Shown here: piece after piece, positions 58,275-64,000 of the stretch
How positions within the stretch are numbered: position 1 is the stretch's first letter
Layout: the number at the start of each line of letters is the position of its first letter
Origin: Pseudomonadota bacterium
GTDB taxonomy: Bacteria; Pseudomonadota; Gammaproteobacteria; Burkholderiales; Ferrovaceae
NCBI GenBank assembly: GCA_021796835.1
Contig: JAKABO010000006.1
Span: 3,325 to 67,324 of the forward strand
DNA length: 64,000 nucleotides
Direction: 5' to 3'
Notes under the pieces: model-generated
What the model saw: the letters and a program-made list of their open reading frames with translations, nothing else
Database searches by the model: none
What the model was told of the DNA's origin: nothing
Translations under genes and position numbers: made by a program

Positions 58275-58925
58275 ATGCGCTTGCCCTCCTCCCGTCGTCG
58301 TTTTCTGACCTGCACTGGCGCTCTTCTCTGGGCCGGTTCCATGCCGGATAAACTTCTGGCCGCCACTGCGGGACAGGATTATCAAGTCATTGCCCAAACA
58401 CCTCTGCCCGGGCCCTCGGTGGAGGTATTGGAATTTTTCTCCTATGCCTGTCCCCACTGCGCCCACCTTGCTCCCCTGCTCGAACCCTGGTCACGAAAAC
58501 TCCCGGCGGGTGTGATCTATCGTCGTGTCCCCGTCACCTTCGGACATGCTCAGTGGTCCGTACTGGCGCGTGCCTACTACGCCCTGGAAGCCCTTCATGA
58601 AGCCGATCGCCTTCAGGAAAAGGTGTTTACCGCGCTGCACGAGCAACAGATCAACCTGTTCTCCGAGGACGAACTCTTCGATTGGGTCCAGAAACAGGGG
58701 GTCGATCGCAATAAATTCATTGCGCTCTACCGTTCCTTTGCCATCCAGTCCAAGGTTCAGCAGGGCGATCAACAGGCCATGGGTTATGGCGTGGACGGTG
58801 TCCCTACCCTCATCGTCGATGGCATGTACACCACCTCACCCGCCCAGGCCGGGAGTAACGCAGCCCTCTTTCCGGTACTGAATGAATTGATTACCCGGGA
58901 ACTCGCCCTCAAGAAACGGCGCTGA
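58275..58925 (+). CDS. dsbA: Thiol:disulfide interchange protein DsbA
   Basis: Signal peptide and the 'FFSYACPHCAHL' CPHC active site. Confidence 0.9.
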   Translation: MRLPSSRRRFLTCTGALLWAGSMPDKLLAATAGQDYQVIAQTPLPGPSVEVLEFFSYACPHCAHLAPLLEPWSRKLPAGVIYRRVPVTFGHAQWSVLARAYYALEALHEADRLQEKVFTALHEQQINLFSEDELFDWVQKQGVDRNKFIALYRSFAIQSKVQQGDQQAMGYGVDGVPTLIVDGMYTTSPAQAGSNAALFPVLNELITRELALKKRR

Positions 58926-58935
58926 ACACGCCCCT

Positions 58936-60312
58936 TTACTTTTTGAGCGGGCGTTTCCAGTGAGGAATGGTTTGTTGCCTGCTGCGTGAAAGCGTCAGTT
59001 GAGCCGCGGGGGCCGTCCTGACGATCGTGGATCCGGCACCGATGGTTGCCCCTGATTCCACCGTGACAGGAGCCACGAGTTGCGTATCCGAACCGATGAA
59101 TACGTCATCGCCAATCTGGGTCCGGTGTTTGTTGACCCCATCATAATTACAGGTAATCGTCCCGGCCCCGACATTGACCCGAGCGCCGAGGGAACTGTCC
59201 CCCAGATACGTCAGATGATTGGCCTTGGTTGCCTGGTCAATGGTGCAGTTCTTGACTTCCACAAAGTTGCCCAGATGGACGGCCTGTTGCGTGATCGTTC
59301 CGGGGCGAATGCGTGCGTAGGGGCCCACACGGTTATCTGGGCCCAACCGGGCACCCTCGATGTGGGTATAGGCATGCACGACCGTCCCCGCGCCGATTGT
59401 GCAATTCCTGAGAACGCAATAGGGCCCGATGCTGACCCCCTCCTCCAGCGTCACGTCCCCTTCCAGAATGACCCCCACGTCGAGCATGACATCCCGACCG
59501 CAGGTAACCGTCCCCCGCACCGTCAAGCGCTCGGGATCGGCAAGGGTCACCCCGCGGCAGAGAAGACTTTCGGCCTGCTGTCGCTGCCAGATGGCCTCGA
59601 GTTGGGCCAGTTGGCGCTTGTCGTTGACGCCCAGGGCTTCCCAGTCGTGGGCGGGCTGAACCGCACGAACCGCAACCCCGTCTGCCACCGCGCTGGCGAC
59701 AATATCCGTCAGGTAGTATTCACCCTGGGCATTGGCACAGGTCAGTCGTTCCAGCCATTTGGAAAGATGCACGGCGGGCATGGCCATGATCCCGGTATTG
59801 ACTTCCTGAATCTGTTTTTCCTGGGGCGAGGCATCCTTTTCTTCGCGAATGCCCACCACTCGCCGCTGCTCATCCCTCAAAATACGCCCGTATCCCCCGG
59901 GCTCGGGAATCTGTTGGGTCAGCAGGACCAGCGCATCCCGCGCCGGTTGGATCAGTTGCTCGAGGGTGTGGGTTTGTAGCAGGGGAACATCCCCGTACAG
60001 GACCAGGACGATGCCCTGAGCAGACAGGTGGGGCAAAGCCTGGGCGAGAGCATGGCCGGTGCCTTTTTGTTCTGCCTGGTGAGCCCAGGTCAGTTTCCGA
60101 CCTTCAAAACAGGCCTGTACGGCTTCTCCGCCGTGCCCATAGACGACGATGACCTTATCCGGGTCGAGGGGTTGGGCCGCCTGAAGAACGTGTTCGAGTA
60201 AGGGTTTTGCCGCGAGGGGTTGCAGGACCTTGGGCAAAGCGGAATTCATCCGTTTGCCCTGGCCTGCCGCCAGAACAACGACGTAAAGCGGAGTGGTGTG
60301 CGCGTTGTTCAG
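58936..60312 (-). CDS. glmU: Bifunctional UDP-GlcNAc pyrophosphorylase / GlcN-1-P acetyltransferase GlmU
   Basis: Hexapeptide-repeat C-terminal domain. The conserved N-terminal 'LNNA...[12 protein letters not shown]' lies upstream of the first ATG (60249). That implies a CTG start at 60312 overlapping the atpC stop. Confidence 0.85.
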   Translation of the reverse strand: MNNAHTTPLYVVVLAAGQGKRMNSALPKVLQPLAAKPLLEHVLQAAQPLDPDKVIVVYGHGGEAVQACFEGRKLTWAHQAEQKGTGHALAQALPHLSAQGIVLVLYGDVPLLQTHTLEQLIQPARDALVLLTQQIPEPGGYGRILRDEQRRVVGIREEKDASPQEKQIQEVNTGIMAMPAVHLSKWLERLTCANAQGEYYLTDIVASAVADGVAVRAVQPAHDWEALGVNDKRQLAQLEAIWQRQQAESLLCRGVTLADPERLTVRGTVTCGRDVMLDVGVILEGDVTLEEGVSIGPYCVLRNCTIGAGTVVHAYTHIEGARLGPDNRVGPYARIRPGTITQQAVHLGNFVEVKNCTIDQATKANHLTYLGDSSLGARVNVGAGTITCNYDGVNKHRTQIGDDVFIGSDTQLVAPVTVESGATIGAGSTIVRTAPAAQLTLSRSRQQTIPHWKRPLKK

Positions 60313-60734
60313 TGACGATCCTTATGCAAACGTTGGATGGCGGTCAATTGCGCCAAGGCGCTGGCCAATTCGGCAGAGGCACGGGCATAATCCACATCGC
60401 TGGACTTGTTTTGCAACGCTTCTTCTGCATTACGTTTCGCCTCCAACGCCCTGGCCTCATCCAGATCATGGGCACGAATGGCGGTGTCCGCCAAAACCGT
60501 CACGCTGTCCGGTTGTACTTCCAGAATTCCACCGGCCACGAAAATGGTTTCATCCTCGTCTTTTCCTGCCACCCGGACCCTGACCGTCCCCGGTTTGATA
60601 CGAGTAATCAATGGCGTATGGCGCGGGTAAATGCCCAACTCCCCGGCTTCTCCGGGAAGCACCACAAACTCTGCATCCCCGGAGAATAATTCAGCTTCTG
60701 CGCTGACGACATCCACATGGATGACATTGGCCAT
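60309..60734 (-). CDS. atpC: F1 ATP synthase epsilon subunit
   Basis: 141 aa, '[12 protein letters not shown]' N-terminus, follows atpD. Confidence 0.9.
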   Translation of the reverse strand: MANVIHVDVVSAEAELFSGDAEFVVLPGEAGELGIYPRHTPLITRIKPGTVRVRVAGKDEDETIFVAGGILEVQPDSVTVLADTAIRAHDLDEARALEAKRNAEEALQNKSSDVDYARASAELASALAQLTAIQRLHKDRH

Positions 60735-60746
60735 AATGATTTCCTC

Positions 60747-62135
<1,389 letters not shown>

Positions 62136-62164
62136 CTAATGATGAGTACTATGAATTAATAGGG

Positions 62165-63040
62165 TCAAACGGCAGCCGCGCCACCGACGATTTCCGACAG
62201 TTCCTTGGTAATGGCGGCCTGACGGGACTTGTTATAAATCAATTGCAATTCACTGATGACCGTGCCGGCATTGTCGGAAGCCGCCTTCATCGCCACCATC
62301 CGGGCACTTTGCTCGGAAGCAATATTCTCGGCCACGGCCTGGTAGACCAAGGCTTCCACATAGCGCATGAGCAACTCATCGATCACCGAGCGGGGATCGG
62401 GTTCATAGAGATAGTCCCAGGCCGCCGCCTCCTGACGCGTTTCGTCGCCAATCCTTTCCTGCGGCAAGGGCAAAATCCGTTCCACGATGGTCTGCTGTTT
62501 CATGGTATTGACGAAACGATTGTAGGCCAGATAGACCGCATCCACTTCGCCCGCCACATACTGATCCAGGATCACCTTGAGCGGTCCGACCAATCTTTCC
62601 AGATGGGGCTTGTCCCCCAACTGAACGGCTTGAGCGACGACCGGCACGGAAATCCGGTTCAGGAAGCCCAAACCCTTGTTGCCCAGGGTCACCGCACGAA
62701 TTTTTGCGCCTTGCTGTTCCCACTGTTTCATGGAATGAATCAGATGGCGAAAAAGATTGGAATTCAATCCGCCGCAGAGCCCCTTGTCTGAGGTCACCAG
62801 GACGACACCCACGTTTTTGGTCTGTTCCCGGGTCACCAGGAAGGGGTGTTTATATTCGGCATGGGCCTGCGCCAGATGAGAAGCCACCTTGCGGATTTTT
62901 TCGCCGTAAGGACGGGCTGCCCGCATGCGCTCCTGTGCCTTGCGCATTTTGCTGGCAGCCACCATTTCCATGGCCTTGGTGATCTTGCGCGTATTTTGTA
63001 CGCTTTTGATCTTTATCCGGATTTCCTTTGATCCCGCCAT
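62165..63040 (-). CDS. atpG: F1 ATP synthase gamma subunit
   Basis: '[36 protein letters not shown]' is the canonical AtpG N-terminus. Confidence 0.95.
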   Translation of the reverse strand: MAGSKEIRIKIKSVQNTRKITKAMEMVAASKMRKAQERMRAARPYGEKIRKVASHLAQAHAEYKHPFLVTREQTKNVGVVLVTSDKGLCGGLNSNLFRHLIHSMKQWEQQGAKIRAVTLGNKGLGFLNRISVPVVAQAVQLGDKPHLERLVGPLKVILDQYVAGEVDAVYLAYNRFVNTMKQQTIVERILPLPQERIGDETRQEAAAWDYLYEPDPRSVIDELLMRYVEALVYQAVAENIASEQSARMVAMKAASDNAGTVISELQLIYNKSRQAAITKELSEIVGGAAAV

Positions 63041-63062
63041 GATTCAGTGCTCCTCGTCCCGC

Positions 63063-64000
63063 TCAATACACGCCGGTTTTCTTGAAATCTTCAATCGCAA
63101 CTTCCAGGGCCTGCTCAGTGTCTTTGTCGAGGTCGTTGGTCGCCGCTATCTTTTCGATGATGGTGGGATACTTGCTCTTCAGGAATGCGATCAGACCGGC
63201 CTCAAAAGCCAGTGCGCGTTTGACTTCCACCGTATCAAAATGCCCCTTGTTGACCGTGTGCAGGGTGATGGCCATTTCCGCCACCGACAAGGTTGCATAC
63301 TGGGACTGTTTCATCAGTTCCGTCACCATGCGTCCCCGTTCGAGTTGCTTGCGGGTCGTATCATCCAGGTCGGAAGCAAACTGAGCGAAGGCGGCAAGCT
63401 CCCGATACTGAGCCAATGCCAGACGAATCCCGCCGCCCAACTTCTTGATCACCTTGGTCTGTGCGGCACCGCCCACCCGAGACACGGAAATCCCGGCATT
63501 GATGGCGGGACGAATCCCGGCATTGAACAAATCCGTTTCCAGGAAGATCTGGCCATCGGTGATGGAAATCACGTTGGTCGGAACGAAGGCGGTCACGTCT
63601 CCCGCCTGGGTTTCAATGATCGGCAGAGCGGTCAGCGAACCGGTCTTGCCCTTGACTTCGCCCTTGGTCATCCGTTCCACATAGTCCGGATTGACCCGTG
63701 CCGCCCGTTCCAGCAATCGGGAGTGCAGGTAAAAGACGTCCCCGGGATAAGCCTCGCGACCCGGTGGCCGGCGCAGCAGCAGGGAGATTTGGCGGTAAGC
63801 CCAGGCCTGTTTGGTCAGGTCATCGTAAATGATCAGCGCATCTTCACCGCGATCGCGGAAATATTCACCCATGGCGCACCCGGAATACGGCGCGATGAAC
63901 TGCATGGCTGCCGACTCCGATGCCGTCGCCGCCACCACGATGGTGTATGCCATTGCACCGTGCTCTTCCAGTTTGCGCACCACATTGACCACCGATGAGG
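63063..64000 (-). CDS. atpA: F1 ATP synthase alpha subunit (5' part beyond the window)
   Basis: Contains '[44 protein letters not shown]'. The reading frame is open to the window end. Confidence 0.95.
   Translation of the reverse strand, partial: SSVVNVVRKLEEHGAMAYTIVVAATASESAAMQFIAPYSGCAMGEYFRDRGEDALIIYDDLTKQAWAYRQISLLLRRPPGREAYPGDVFYLHSRLLERAARVNPDYVERMTKGEVKGKTGSLTALPIIETQAGDVTAFVPTNVISITDGQIFLETDLFNAGIRPAINAGISVSRVGGAAQTKVIKKLGGGIRLALAQYRELAAFAQFASDLDDTTRKQLERGRMVTELMKQSQYATLSVAEMAITLHTVNKGHFDTVEVKRALAFEAGLIAFLKSKYPTIIEKIAATNDLDKDTEQALEVAIEDFKKTGVY

Overview
This 64-kb proteobacterial chromosome segment has two parts.

**(1) Accessory region, about 1-15.3 kb.** It ends at a tRNA-Arg(CCG) gene. 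Hand counts on a few 60-nt lines give about 43-58% GC here versus about 65% in two core lines. It contains:
- the 5' part of a DUF2282/bufferin-type precursor gene at the left edge;
- a merR / merT-merP-(unannotated 44-aa six-Cys ORF)-merA mercury operon with a Tn501-like MerR operator;
- a tightly coupled seven-gene minus-strand operon built around the radical-SAM ArsS and AS3MT-type ArsM pair. The other five genes are a TVP38-FAD disulfide-reductase fusion, DUF547, two 'rSAM/selenodomain-associated' transferases and a PiT transporter;
- an integrase module of AlpA-like gene, tyrosine integrase, OB/HD-domain protein and small membrane protein, with a divergent XRE regulator.

The tRNA is followed by a tandem copy of its own 5' half plus promoter.

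**(2) Core genome, about 15.3-64 kb.** This is ordinary high-GC core:
- DUF488, a DEDDh exonuclease, a 1217-aa multi-sensor GGDEF/EAL protein and a CopZ-like protein;
- opgD, rmuC, rdgC, cobUTCS, msbA, LPS core genes (GT2, waaC, waaA) and bcp;
- a pcm-like gene, greB, thiC, uppP, priA, hemE, gltDB, aroKB, mrcA, hemB, engB, hemL, thiED, rubredoxin and argS;
- a SPOR protein, dsbA, glmU and atpCDGA (atpA truncated at the window end).

I saw no CRISPR array, rRNA or transposase.

The best candidate for a poorly described system is the extended arsS-arsM operon, a putative organoarsenical (arsenosugar/arsenolipid-type) pathway. Secondary leads are the mini Cys-rich mer ORF, the integrase-coupled OB/HD module and the tRNA 5'-half duplication.

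All calls rest on hand translation and motif recognition. No database search was run.
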